Below are positions 40,674-51,754 of a DNA stretch of 64,000 bases, piece by piece. Origin of the DNA: Tubiluchus corallicola (lineage: Eukaryota; Animalia; Priapulida); the NCBI GenBank assembly GCA_030141605.1, contig JAQGDQ010000443.1, positions 1-64,000 on the forward strand, read 5' to 3'. Within the stretch, counting starts at the first letter, position 1. Each line of letters starts with the position of its first letter. The translations under genes and the position numbers were made by a program. The notes beneath the pieces were generated by a model. The model made no database searches. It was not told where the DNA came from and saw only the letters and a program-made list of their open reading frames with translations.

Positions 40674-40719
40674 CTAAAATTTAAACAGAAAAAATATATG
40701 GTATAACATATGTATCATG

Positions 40720-41800
40720 TAATTTCCTCGAAGTGAATAAAGGTTGACTATGTCTTTCAATATTTGTCCTACTTTTGATGCAGCATCTGTTTATTGTAGA
40801 GGATTTATTAGGAATTGCTTTTCTTCTATTGGGAATAGATTTCTCCTTGAACTGGTCTTGATATTATGTCTATGCATTAGTACTACATAAGTGACATTGT
40901 AGAATGTGCTATATATTTTGAGCATTCTGCATTTTCCTACTTTTCCTATTGCCTAGTTAAGTTTGCTTTATGTTACCAGGATTTGTTGATTATTTGTTTT
41001 AGTAGTCTTTAGACTGATGGTTGCTGACTCATTGATCTCTTAGTCCATTACTGTTCCCGTTTCTTGTTTTGTATGCAAATCGAAGTCTGGTTAAAAACAA
41101 CAACATCGACGATATAAGAAATTAATAGCGCCATTTTAGGACTTTTTAGCTATCCTTAGTTTTTCAGATGGAAGAAACATGTCAAATAAATTCCATTATT
41201 ACACTTGTTACATCACTGATATTCTTGGGTTACCATTCTGTTATAAGCAGCTTCACCTGAGGTTACGATGTTACCATTTTCCCTTTTAAAATATGTTGTA
41301 AAAATAGGTTTACGCGTCCTAAGGCTGCTGGTGAAATAATGCAGTGGATCCATTTAAGCAAGATGCTTACAACGAGTTCGTCATGCAAATATATACTTCT
41401 TTAGACAGTAAAATCTTGTCATTGTTTATATTGTCTATACTTTTGTATATACAAATGTACTATTGTATATTGTCAATACTTTTTAGCTGGTTTGTTTGGC
41501 AATGTCTTGTGATTTGTAAGACTGGTGATCTCCTCTGCTAATTATTCAACTCACATTTTGATATTTAAAGTTTCTGTTTGAGATTCTTAGTTGTTTTGCA
41601 CACCATTGTTTTTGTTTTTCTGATCAAAGTGACCAGGTACCATTGAATTGTCAATATTTATGCTTATAGGTCTTCCTCAAATTGAGATAAGCAGTGCCCA
41701 TCACTTCCGATTCAAAATAGGTTAGATTTCATATTATTGTATTTAAAGCAAATGTGCAGGCGTGTTCTATAGGCTTTTCCAGTTTGGTACCCAGGGGATG
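40720..41800 (-). mobile_element. Possible highly decayed non-LTR retrotransposon remnant in intron 3 of the cytokine-like gene
   Basis: A-rich minus strand with broken motifs resembling LINE endonuclease/linker (RGRP.., NKSW); no open frame. Confidence 0.3.
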
Positions 41801-41880
41801 CACCTGCTCGGGGTGTGGTCACTTCAGATATGCTTTCAATTCTACAGCTCAGCATAACATTTTAAAAACATTGTACTTAC

Positions 41881-42033
41881 TAAGATACTTTCTGCATTTG
41901 ATGATGTAATTCCTTCTACTTCAGTGATAGAAGGAATGTGTGCTGATACAGTATCATCAATTCCCATAATAAGCACATCTTCTTGATCATTGTCTTGTGC
42001 AAGATTTGATACACTGTAGTCATTCACAGCACA
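41881..42033 (-). CDS. Putative IL-6/G-CSF-like cytokine, exon 3
   Basis: ctaatttag|CAVNDYSVSNLAQDNDQEDVLIMGIDDTVSAHIPSITEVEGITSSNAESIL|gtaagt; 153 nt, phase 0 to 0; AB loop. Confidence 0.82.
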
Positions 42034-42576
42034 CTAAATTAGATTAGATTAAATTAAACATTCTACTGATCCCGAAGGAAAAATTGCTTTAGCTTTACCA
42101 TACGTTAGCAAAACATATTAGAATTTCACATTGTCATTTATAACATTACTGGTACAAGGAATAATAGAAAAACGTTCAATATTACAGTTAATTAATTAAT
42201 ATGATCATTAAAACTGTGCACCACTTTGTGGCAATCTGATAGCTGACAGCGTGAAAGAACATAGTTCTACTTCTACGTATCTCTCTCTGTTACTGTATCA
42301 AATAAAATGGTAACCTGCGAGTTGTGTACCACTATAAAAGATTGAAAATTACTGCAACAGGCTTTTCATGTAAAAGCCAATATTACAAAAAAATCATTAC
42401 TGGAAATTAGCATTATAATAATATTGTTTACTGTTTAAGTAAAATGTAAACATTCATCTTTGTCATATTGTTAGAATTTCTAGTTTTAAATTTTTACTGT
42501 AGTTGTTCAAGTTATTCAAGCTAGAGAGCATTTTCTTTTAGGTACACTGAAAACTATTGTATAGTACTGTACTTAC

Positions 42577-42761
42577 AAAAGTATCTTTGAGTCTCTGAAG
42601 GTCGTTGATTGCTGTACTCATAAAGAATATAACATCTTCGAGTTGGCTACATTGCACATCTACATTTTCAAAGCACCAAACATCTGTACTAACAGGTGCT
42701 GCCATCAATGAATTAAATATGTAGCAACTGAATAGATGAAACGTTGCTTGAATAAATGTAC
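42577..42761 (-). CDS. Putative IL-6/G-CSF-like cytokine, exon 2
   Basis: ttgttacag|(R)TFIQATFHLFSCYIFNSLMAAPVSTDVWCFENVDVQCSQLEDVIFFMSTAINDLQRLKDTF|gtaagt; 185 nt, phase 1 to 0; signal peptide core plus helix A. Confidence 0.82.
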
Positions 42762-43536
42762 CTGTAACAACAACACAAGGTTGTCATGCCACTGTAGTTA
42801 ACAATGGGAAATAATGAAGTGTTAGCTTATGAGTTATAACAATGTATTTATAATTAGCAACAATACAAGGTTATCATACTACTATTGTAGTGGAAATGAC
42901 GAAAGGTGTTAACCTGTAACAATAATACTTACAATAACAATGCAAGTTTTAGTAATGCTGCTCCGCCTGCTGCCATAGCATTGGGAAATAAGGAAAATTG
43001 GTTAACAGAAGCAAGCCTTACTCCATTAAGTCAAAGCAAGTGCAAATTTTGAAAAGCCCGTTTGCCTGTTTAATATGCTATATTTCTGGTTATGACCGTT
43101 ATGAAACAAAATAATTATACTGAAAGACTTGCAGACATAATACACCACAAATAGTTCGTTAAAAATGAGCTTTGGTACCTTTACATGTATAAACTCAATA
43201 AATATTGGTCGCTATTTGAAGTGCACAGCACTTCAATAATTAAACTGAAATCACTGGTATATTCTCTGCAGCTCAAATTAAACTAACTTCTTACGTTCTT
43301 TTCTCACCAAGATTTGCAATTTTGCCGCATAATTTGAACTATTTTTTTGCGACTCCACAAGCCTGACGCGCTAAGTTTGGCGTCCTAAATACCTTGAAAA
43401 TCGATGAACTCAATATCTTCTGTTTCACTACAACCACTCATGTAACCGGAAGCTGTGCTTGAAATAATAATGAATTAAATTGATATTTCCAGCAGCATTT
43501 TAACACGAATTTCTGATGCCACAGAGTTACACTTAC

Positions 43537-43549
43537 GGCTTATCTTCAT
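43537..43549 (-). CDS. Putative IL-6/G-CSF-like cytokine, exon 1 (MKIS-R)
   Basis: ATG AAG ATA AGC C|gtaagt: perfect donor, phase 1, supplies a basic signal-peptide n-region. An alternative first exon at 43393-43441 is also in frame. Confidence 0.6.
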
Positions 43550-43644
43550 CACATGTGCAAGTAACCGGTTAAAAAGAGAAACTATTAGCAAATGTGTGAC
43601 AGAATCGTTACTTGTCATCATTTTGAATCAACACTCACCCCTTC

Positions 43645-43925
43645 TGGCTACTTATAGACTAGTTGACAACTATATTCTCAGTTGACTCATTCACGACACC
43701 TGGTAAAAATTTCCCAGCACTTCTGACGTCAAAACCCTCTTGAGGGAATTCGACATGAACCAGTTATTCTGATTAAATAGCCACCTCCGGCTATAGGTGC
43801 CGGCGAACAAACAATTAATAACCCCAAGTTCCGTAGCTGTGACAGGAAAAGTGACGTGCGAACGTCACGTGACATACGCTTCATGTAATGCAGCTATTTT
43901 TAGGTTGTAGCCGTTAGGGATTTTT
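43645..43925 (-). promoter_or_regulatory. Putative inducible promoter: TATA-like, AP-1, kB-like, CRE
   Basis: TATAAG (minus, 43656-43651), TGACTCA 43683-43689, GGGAAATTTT (minus, 43715-43706), TGACGTCA 43724-43731, GGGAATTCG 43744, and further TGACGT/CACGTG at 43852-43873. Confidence 0.55.
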
Positions 43926-44477
43926 AGCCTTCTTTTTGAATCAGTTGTGCAGTGCCTTGTGCAAGTAAATCATTGTGAGTTTTACATACGAGTATCGTTT
44001 CTTTTTGTTTGTTCTCTCTCTCTTCCTGCCCTCCTTTCTCTGTCGCCCATCTCTTTCAAAATTAAAAAAGATTTTAAAAACATGAACAAGCAAATAAATA
44101 AGTAAATAAACATTACTATCTCTCTTGTCTTTGTTATATCCTCTTCGTTCTTTAATTCGCATTAAGTATAATCAATTTTATTGTACCAGATCCCTGATCC
44201 AGGTTGCTAACGCTGTTTACTTTATAGTTACGTATTTCTCTATCATAGGTTTCTGTAATCCTGTGCATTAGTGTAATTAATGTAATAATTTTATAGTTAC
44301 AACCTTCGCTGGTGATTTAAAACCGCCGCACATTATTTTGAACTATCATTAATAACTAATGTATCAATCGAGCTTTTGCTACAATTTTATTGAATAAACT
44401 ACAATTTAAATCACAAGTGAATATAATTACACATTGTTGGTATTACATTAGTGTCGCTACTAGCTTTATTTATATAA

Positions 44478-45330
44478 AGTGGTGTTTACGTAACATCCGG
44501 AATGCGCATGCGTTTGGGGGGGGGGGGGGGGGCTGCGGAATAGATGAAGTCGGTTTATATTGTTTTCAATGCACCCGTTTATGCAGACTGCGTATGCGTT
44601 GTTCTTTTCTGCAGTTATTCCGCAGGTGGAAATGCATACGCACCCGGATGCTACGCAAGCTTCCATGTGCGCGTTTGCACTGGCAAGTTTCAGCACGCGG
44701 TATAACACATTTCCATGTGTGTAGACTCGCAGAATTAGAACGTCATCTGATTCCAGGAAGCTGGATCTGAAACTGATACTCCAGCTTCTCTGCTGCTATA
44801 CGAATATTCAAGGTATTTTTGACTGTCCAGTTCCAGCTCTGTCACCAGGTGACAGTATGCTCCAAATTCATGTCGTTGCTTGAGTATGTCATGGTCCCAG
44901 AACATGTGGCTCCTGCGTTCATCACTGAGTGATAGTAATCTTAGTCGCAACAAACGATTCCTCACTCTTCGTTGGAGAAGTAACGTCAAAATTTCCAACC
45001 TGTTGCTGGCCACGATGCGCGAGTGTCCTATTACCCAACTCGCTAACAGAAAAGACGCTCTTTTCTGCCTGCAAGAAAATACCAGCGTGCGGAAAGGCCG
45101 CATGGAAACACTGGCACACAACTGCAGTGAACTGACTTTTCCGCTCACTGCAACGCACGCGAATTCGTACAGATGGAAAAGTACATAAATGTTGCCCGAA
45201 AACCCTAACGCCGACACAGGTCGCCATAATAATTTATTTCTTAACTTCTCGTTTAATTTTGAGTTGTCAAAGTGCCCTGCGTACCGAGGCGCGTTTTGAT
45301 TGCTCAAATTTTCGACAGCGAGTTTAGCTT
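44478..45330 (-). mobile_element. PIF/Harbinger transposon relic with an N-terminal transposase fragment
   Basis: 44478-44660 is homologous to the 22639-22822 MITE. ORF 44735-45307 contains MFWDHDILKQRHEFGAYCHLVTELELDSQKYLEY, resembling the W.H.I...R...G.F..L..EL..D...F..YFRM N-terminus of Harbinger transposases, and is truncated before the DDE domain. Confidence 0.75.
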
Positions 45331-48300
45331 AAGGCGGTAAGTGCAATGCAAGCATAACTTTACAGGCTGTAGCGGTTTGTAAAAACAGTAAAATTGAGGA
45401 AAGACGTGACTACCGGAGTAACAACCGTCATGTTGAATGAATGAGTAATACGAGTGATTCAAACCATTTCTCAAAAAGCGAATTTATCACTTTTGATTCT
45501 TTGAAGTTCAGTTGCCTATCTTAATCATGCAGTATGTGAGTACGATAATAAATTTTACGAACAAATTAAGTGAAAAGTTTAAATTCGAAATATTACAACC
45601 TGGATTTAATAAAAAAAAAACTTGTGGCTAAATTTTCATGGCTCTAGGACATTTTTCTTCATTTTGCGTAATAATTACTGATTAATAATCATTTATTGAT
45701 TATTTAACAATTATTATTAGTTTACAAAATAATATTATTTTAATGCAGTAGACATGCAAAATTTACAGTACAAATCATAGGTGTTAAACATTTTACAAAA
45801 TTTTAATAAACTCTGGATAGCAATTGATATTTATATTATAATATATTTCACATTGTAGAAAAAGAATTAATTCACAAAAAATTTCAATGTGAACTTAACA
45901 TTTATTACAGATGTGGCGCTTTAAGAATGGTTTCTCGAATAAACCAAGAAGTTTTATTTTAAATAAACTGATAATCATTCGCTTATTATTGAAAATAATT
46001 AGTGATGAACTAGTAATATTTCTCTCACCCGTCTGTTGTTAGCTTCAATAAATAGAGAAGCACTCCGATGCATTTAGTTTCATCTGAATTAAGAAAAATG
46101 TAATTGCCCTTGAGCCATGCCGAGAGCAAAATAATATACATTTTGTTTTCAGAAGACGAGATAGTCGTGTCAATTGCTTAATTGTTCTTGCGTGTTGTTT
46201 GTAATACTATTTATGACACTAATTTTAATAAAGTATAAAATGGAACACAGGATCGTCCTTTGCGGAAACCGGCAGGTGTAATAGTGAGCAGTACGGCCTA
46301 TAATAACGTACTGTGATAACTTGATACGTTGAGAATAATTATTATCTTAATAGAATGTGTAGCTTTTACCAGTTCAATACTAAGTTTCTGTGTAAAAAAT
46401 TACAGTACGAAACAGTTGATTTAAATCAAATATCACAAAGAAACTAATCGAAGGCTTTAAAATACATTTTTTGGGAGCACCTTTCATTAGTTTTACACTG
46501 GTCTGGCAAATATATTTGCCCTTTTTCATAACTAATTAAGTGAGAATGCACCTGTTTAGTTGAAGATACACATGTTTTTGCGTTTCTGGTTATACATACC
46601 GTTACTTTACTTTCGACCCCCCCCTTTACATTGTGGTGGTTCGTTCCATTACGAAGCCATAGCATTGCATATCAGCGTTGCATAGCAGCTGTAAGTAGCT
46701 GGTGTGGAATGTCCTCGTTGGTTCAGTCGGCAGACGGACAGGTGCCTAGCTTTCCATTGTCTAGTTACCGATTGTTTATATTGAAACAATTGCTCATTGT
46801 CCTAACATTATTATCTGCAGCAAGTGCTTGTTTCAGAAAAAGATTATTATAAGCTACATATAATAGCTGACAATTTTTTAATTTGTACAGCATGCGTCTA
46901 CAAAATTTTGGCGCAGTGAAATTTTCAGCAACTAGAAAACCCTAAATAACATTATCTATTAGTCTCGCACAAGCTGCATTGAATCTATTGGATTACAGAA
47001 GTGACACAATTAAAAATACAGCTTGTATTATCTTTGCGTGGCAGTGCCTAATCCCATATGGGAATATTGTGCCATTTTGAGAAGGGCTTCATCAATTTTC
47101 ATGAAACTTGTTGTTACATTATATGTATAAAAAGTAACAAATAGTATGAATATAAAGAACATCTATTCAGGCACTAGAAGGTTAAAACTCGATATTTTGC
47201 TCATAGTTGCTTGCATTAGTCTGTACCGCTTTCTTATTTTAATATACATATGCGCGTATGTTAATGAGAAATAAAACAAATGAACGAAAGTTTTTCCACG
47301 TTTCTTCCTGCAAGCAGCCAGCGCAGACCAATGAATGGTATTTGCTACAATTTCACCCTCAGAATAACACAAGCATTAAATTTGATGAAGGATGAGCAAA
47401 TGAGGTGCTACGAGTGTCCGCTCCCAAAGAATCGCACAGCATAATTGCCTGCCTATATTCTGCTCTGGATGATACACATACGGGTTTGTATATTTATAAT
47501 CATGTATAGTGCAAATGTGCGTCAGATGAAGCCTATCAAATGTTTCATTCCACTACTGCGCTGGTTTAAGCCTATACAGACAGAAACAGCAGTCTGTATA
47601 AAGTTTGTCACAGGTCATGCTGTTGATTATTCATACGTTTTTACTTCTTGCCTGTAGGCCTACGCCCAACTGCAGTTGATCGAAACCACTATATACATAT
47701 ACTGCTCACATTTGAGCCTCGAACAGTTATCCCTTATCAAAGTCATTTAATTGTCACTTATTTAAGTAAACTAAAAATGTCGCTTAACAATTTTCCGCAG
47801 GTTAAAGAGTCGATTTCACTGAACTCCAGAACATTACTTAAATTTAGAATGTATTTTTGTCCCACGATTTTGTTAATTCGCAAACAGTAACGACGTGTTC
47901 TTCATCTTGCACTGTGTTCTTCACCATGCATCTTGCATACTGCAGCGGCACAGCCTTAGGTCGTGTGGGATAAGGATCCTATGCCAAGTTTGTCAACGTC
48001 CTGTCTCAACTTTTAGTCTGTGAGTGAGAAGACAGAGCAAAATGGCTAAAGCTAACTCTAAGGGCATCTGAAATGGCAGGATTTATAAATTTCATGTTGT
48101 TTTACGGAGGGATTTTCCATTAAGTAAGTAGAGAATCTAGTCTTTGTCTGACTTTCTCTTCTAATGCATTCTAGGCTACTTGTGATCAAAACAACGATTG
48201 AGTGTTCTAAAATTCGAGGAATTACTTGGGAGGTTATTCATCAGCTCGCACGCTACGTGGCGTTTGCAGAGCATATACTTAGTGACCTGAGACAAATGAA

Positions 48301-49747
48301 AACATTTGAGAAGTGGAATGGGTCGTCACTTTTAAAATTGAGTAGTTACTGGTCAACGGTAGAAAATTGCAAATCTAGCTATATATCCGACCTTTTCGCA
48401 TTTGCTCTTTTGAGCAAATTTAATTTCAAAAGTTTAATAACATTGGGTTTGTCCTTTCATTAATAGATAATCTTGAAATCATCATTGTAAATAATTGATT
48501 ATTCACGTATTATTTCAGTCTCAAAATTAATTATAAGAAACTAATCTAATTAATTAGTAATTAACTTTATTTGAGTATGTTGGACTGGTCGGTGAGAATT
48601 CAGACCTACCACGACATTAATTAATTCGTTTAGCACATCATCTAGTGATTTTCAATAATTTATTTCAGACAACTGCAACTTTGTTTATAACTACTGAGTA
48701 ATTGTTTTTGTAATTGTAGTTGTTTACTGTAATATCTCTTCAATAACCGCGCATTTCATTTTAGAGGTGGTTTTGTTACTTTCATTTCCTTGCCCTTTTT
48801 AATTAATCATTTTACGTAATCATTTTACGTGTGCAGCTTTAAAGTAGATTTGTTAAGTGCTCGTTATTCAGGAAGCAGTATATTTTTGTAAATTATCTGT
48901 AATTGTCTTGTAACGTAATTGTAATTACGTAATTATTTATTAAAGTGAAAGAAAAATGAAAAACTGAAAACCATAAAATAAACGACTTATGTATAACGAC
49001 AAGATTTACTAGTATAGCTTCCATGCAATTCGTCGGATAATTAACTGCTGCCATCTGCGCGCTGCCAGGAGAACTTCTCCATAAACGGCAGGCAATGGCA
49101 CGTCGGCTTTCTTAGGCTTACATACAATGTGTAGTGCATGCAAGATAGAAAACATTGTACATTCCATACACTTAACATATTTTCGTAATAAATGTAATGT
49201 AAGTGAATCTATTAATAATTTTACTATTTTAAATAGGCTTTTTTGCAAGGTGCAGAGTACGTACATAGTAATGAAATAACGTGTAATAACAAACTTAACG
49301 CAGTGCTACATGCCGTTTACAAACAGTTTAACATACAGTATTGGTACATAACTACATGATTTATCAAAAACATACTTTCTTGTGTGTATAAGCTTATGAA
49401 CAACAGTATTATTCGGTGCGCTTATAATTTTACTATGCTCAACATGTACTGAGACAATAGTTTTGTAGTTGAGAATACACATAGATAGGCCTAATTATTT
49501 TTTGTATACAACGTTAGGCCTGAGCTCTTTATAATTACATTGTCAACACATCGTAGTTAAAGAATTGTTAATTCAGTTAACGCATTACCAAGACTTAATG
49601 TATGACTCTCATTAATCAATTAACAAGCTGATTTTTATTTGTGCGAAAATAGCAGTTTTTGTGTAAAATCATTAGATGTTTCATTTTTTAAATTTAAAGT
49701 GTCCACATCAGTATTTATGTGTATACCTATATTTTTTCTCAGAAATC

Positions 49748-51754
49748 TTATCTTCTAGTAAAGTCACCCTTTATCATGCGTATGAATGTCTTTTTAAACT
49801 GTACGTTTGCTAGCGCATACATGAATGGATTCAAAGGACTGTTCATGTAACAGAGCCAATAGGCAAAGGCATATAAATCTAGACTCACACACGTCTCGCC
49901 TTCTGGACAGAATCCAATAATGGTAGCTAGGATATGCCATGGTGTCCAGCACAATACAAACGCACCCATTATGCATGTAATTGTTCGTAAAGCTTTGCGT
50001 GCACGATTCTCAGATTTAGATTTTTCACGCTTTGATTTTTTTGGCTTAGCTTTTTTCTTCAGTTTCTCTTTAATGCTAAGCAGTTTGTCTTTTTCTGGAC
50101 TAAGCGCTTTACCATTTGTCACATTGTCATCACCGGAATATCGAGGCGGCGTCACCTCTTTCAGCAGTGCTACTTCGTCAGGCTTCGCTACACGTGTAAC
50201 AGCACCTTTGCTTTTTGCGGTCACCACCGTGGGGCTTCCCTCTTTCTGAGTTTGATCAAGTACCTTTGCGCAAGGGCTTCCTTCTTTGGGCATTGGACTT
50301 GGTTCTTTTGAGGAAGGTGATGTCGGATAGGCGAAACTGTCTGTTGATGGAGATTTTACACTTTCTTCGTCAATGTAACTTACATCTCTGGGAAGTTTGT
50401 TACCCTCTTTGATACCTCCAGCATTATTAGGTAGAAGAGCATCAGATTCTGCATGCTTATCAGTGTCTTCTGGAGGTGGAGAAAACTCGTTACATGTTGG
50501 ATTTAGCTGATCAACGCGCGTTGTTTCACCTTTGGTAATCACGGCAACAGTTACGTTGTTTTCACCGGCTGATGTTTCTTTGTTCTCATTTGTATCTCCC
50601 TCCTTTTGCTGCAATGTGCTTGACTTTCCTTTTCTAGGTTTGGCTTTGCCCAATTTTTCTTTTTGTTTCTTTGGCTTGATTTCTCTTGGTGGGGTTTTCT
50701 TGTTGCCAGGTTTATGGGTTTCACTTGAGCTTTCCTGGTCAGAAGGATAGATAGGACTGCTAGACCGATCCTCGGTCTGCGATTCATTTCGGGAGAAACT
50801 TGTTGTCTCTGTTGTACCTTTTGATGAATTTTTGTTGTTTGCATTGTTTGGGTTGGGCTCTTGTTTTGGTTTATCTTTATTTAATATGGCTGTTGGCGTT
50901 TTTGATATCCCAATCCCCACTTTCGTCATGGACTGACCTGCCATCGCCACCATTGACGCCATCTTCTTATGCTTTGCTGAACTTTTCCGTTGTAAGTCCC
51001 AGGCAGTTTTATAAATACCAGCATACAAGATGCAAAGCACAATTAGAGAGTCCCAGTAGTACGAAAATATCAACACTGTATTAAAAACAGGATTTTTGAG
51101 AAACTGCACTTCACACTGGTTAGGATCAATGTCCCTGTATCCTACAATGTACTGCCATCCAATAATACACGTGAAGAAAATTCCAGAAGGGATCACCCAA
51201 CAAATAACAACGAGAACTCTAACTTTGGTTTCTGTGCGCCAGTTTCTGTACTTTGCTGGAAATTTAACAGAACAAAAGCGGTCGATAGTAATGCACAGTA
51301 CAGTGTACTGTGAAGCCAAACAGACAGTGTAATCTATAGAAAGCCACAAGTCACAGATGATCCAACCAAGTTTCCATTCTTGTACAATGAGATATTGTGT
51401 ATAAAGAGGCATGGATAACATGCCTATTAGAAGATCTGAAACAGCAAGCGAAGCTATGAAATAGTTGGTAGGTTGTCGTATGGAACGTTCTACGTAAAAC
51501 GACAGAAGCACAAGTAAATTTCCGGACACTGTAGCTATACTCAACGCACCCACCAGCACTCCGATGATGATGATTTGCCACAGTGCAAATTTGGGAGGGA
51601 TTTCGGGTGCTAGGGTAGTATTGGTGGAGAACCAAGTTTCATTGAACCATCCAGTCACATTCGACTCTGCATCTGGACTCGAAACCGGATATGCGTCGGA
51701 CGTGACGTCATAGTTCCACGCGGTTGAGGGAGTTGTTACCTCAAGCACGTTCAT
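49748..51754 (-). CDS. mAChR-B: Muscarinic acetylcholine receptor, protostome B type (mAChR-B / gar-2-like), 668 aa, intronless CDS
   Basis: 7 TM segments; TM3 CDLWLSIDYTVCLASQYTVLCITIDRFCSV with the ligand-binding Asp; long ICL3 ending SENRARKALRTIT; TM7 YWLCYMNSPLNPFMY. Splice acceptor ttttattctag at 51829 for an upstream UTR intron. Confidence 0.95.
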   Translation of the reverse strand: MNVLEVTTPSTAWNYDVTSDAYPVSSPDAESNVTGWFNETWFSTNTTLAPEIPPKFALWQIIIIGVLVGALSIATVSGNLLVLLSFYVERSIRQPTNYFIASLAVSDLLIGMLSMPLYTQYLIVQEWKLGWIICDLWLSIDYTVCLASQYTVLCITIDRFCSVKFPAKYRNWRTETKVRVLVVICWVIPSGIFFTCIIGWQYIVGYRDIDPNQCEVQFLKNPVFNTVLIFSYYWDSLIVLCILYAGIYKTAWDLQRKSSAKHKKMASMVAMAGQSMTKVGIGISKTPTAILNKDKPKQEPNPNNANNKNSSKGTTETTSFSRNESQTEDRSSSPIYPSDQESSSETHKPGNKKTPPREIKPKKQKEKLGKAKPRKGKSSTLQQKEGDTNENKETSAGENNVTVAVITKGETTRVDQLNPTCNEFSPPPEDTDKHAESDALLPNNAGGIKEGNKLPRDVSYIDEESVKSPSTDSFAYPTSPSSKEPSPMPKEGSPCAKVLDQTQKEGSPTVVTAKSKGAVTRVAKPDEVALLKEVTPPRYSGDDNVTNGKALSPEKDKLLSIKEKLKKKAKPKKSKREKSKSENRARKALRTITCIMGAFVLCWTPWHILATIIGFCPEGETCVSLDLYAFAYWLCYMNSPLNPFMYALANVQFKKTFIRMIKGDFTRR

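Noticed and set aside
49794-51635. Multiple antisense and alternate-frame ORFs overlapping the mAChR CDS (also 17563-17910 and 27590-27803 over SLC34)
   Set aside because: Shadow ORFs of real coding sequence.
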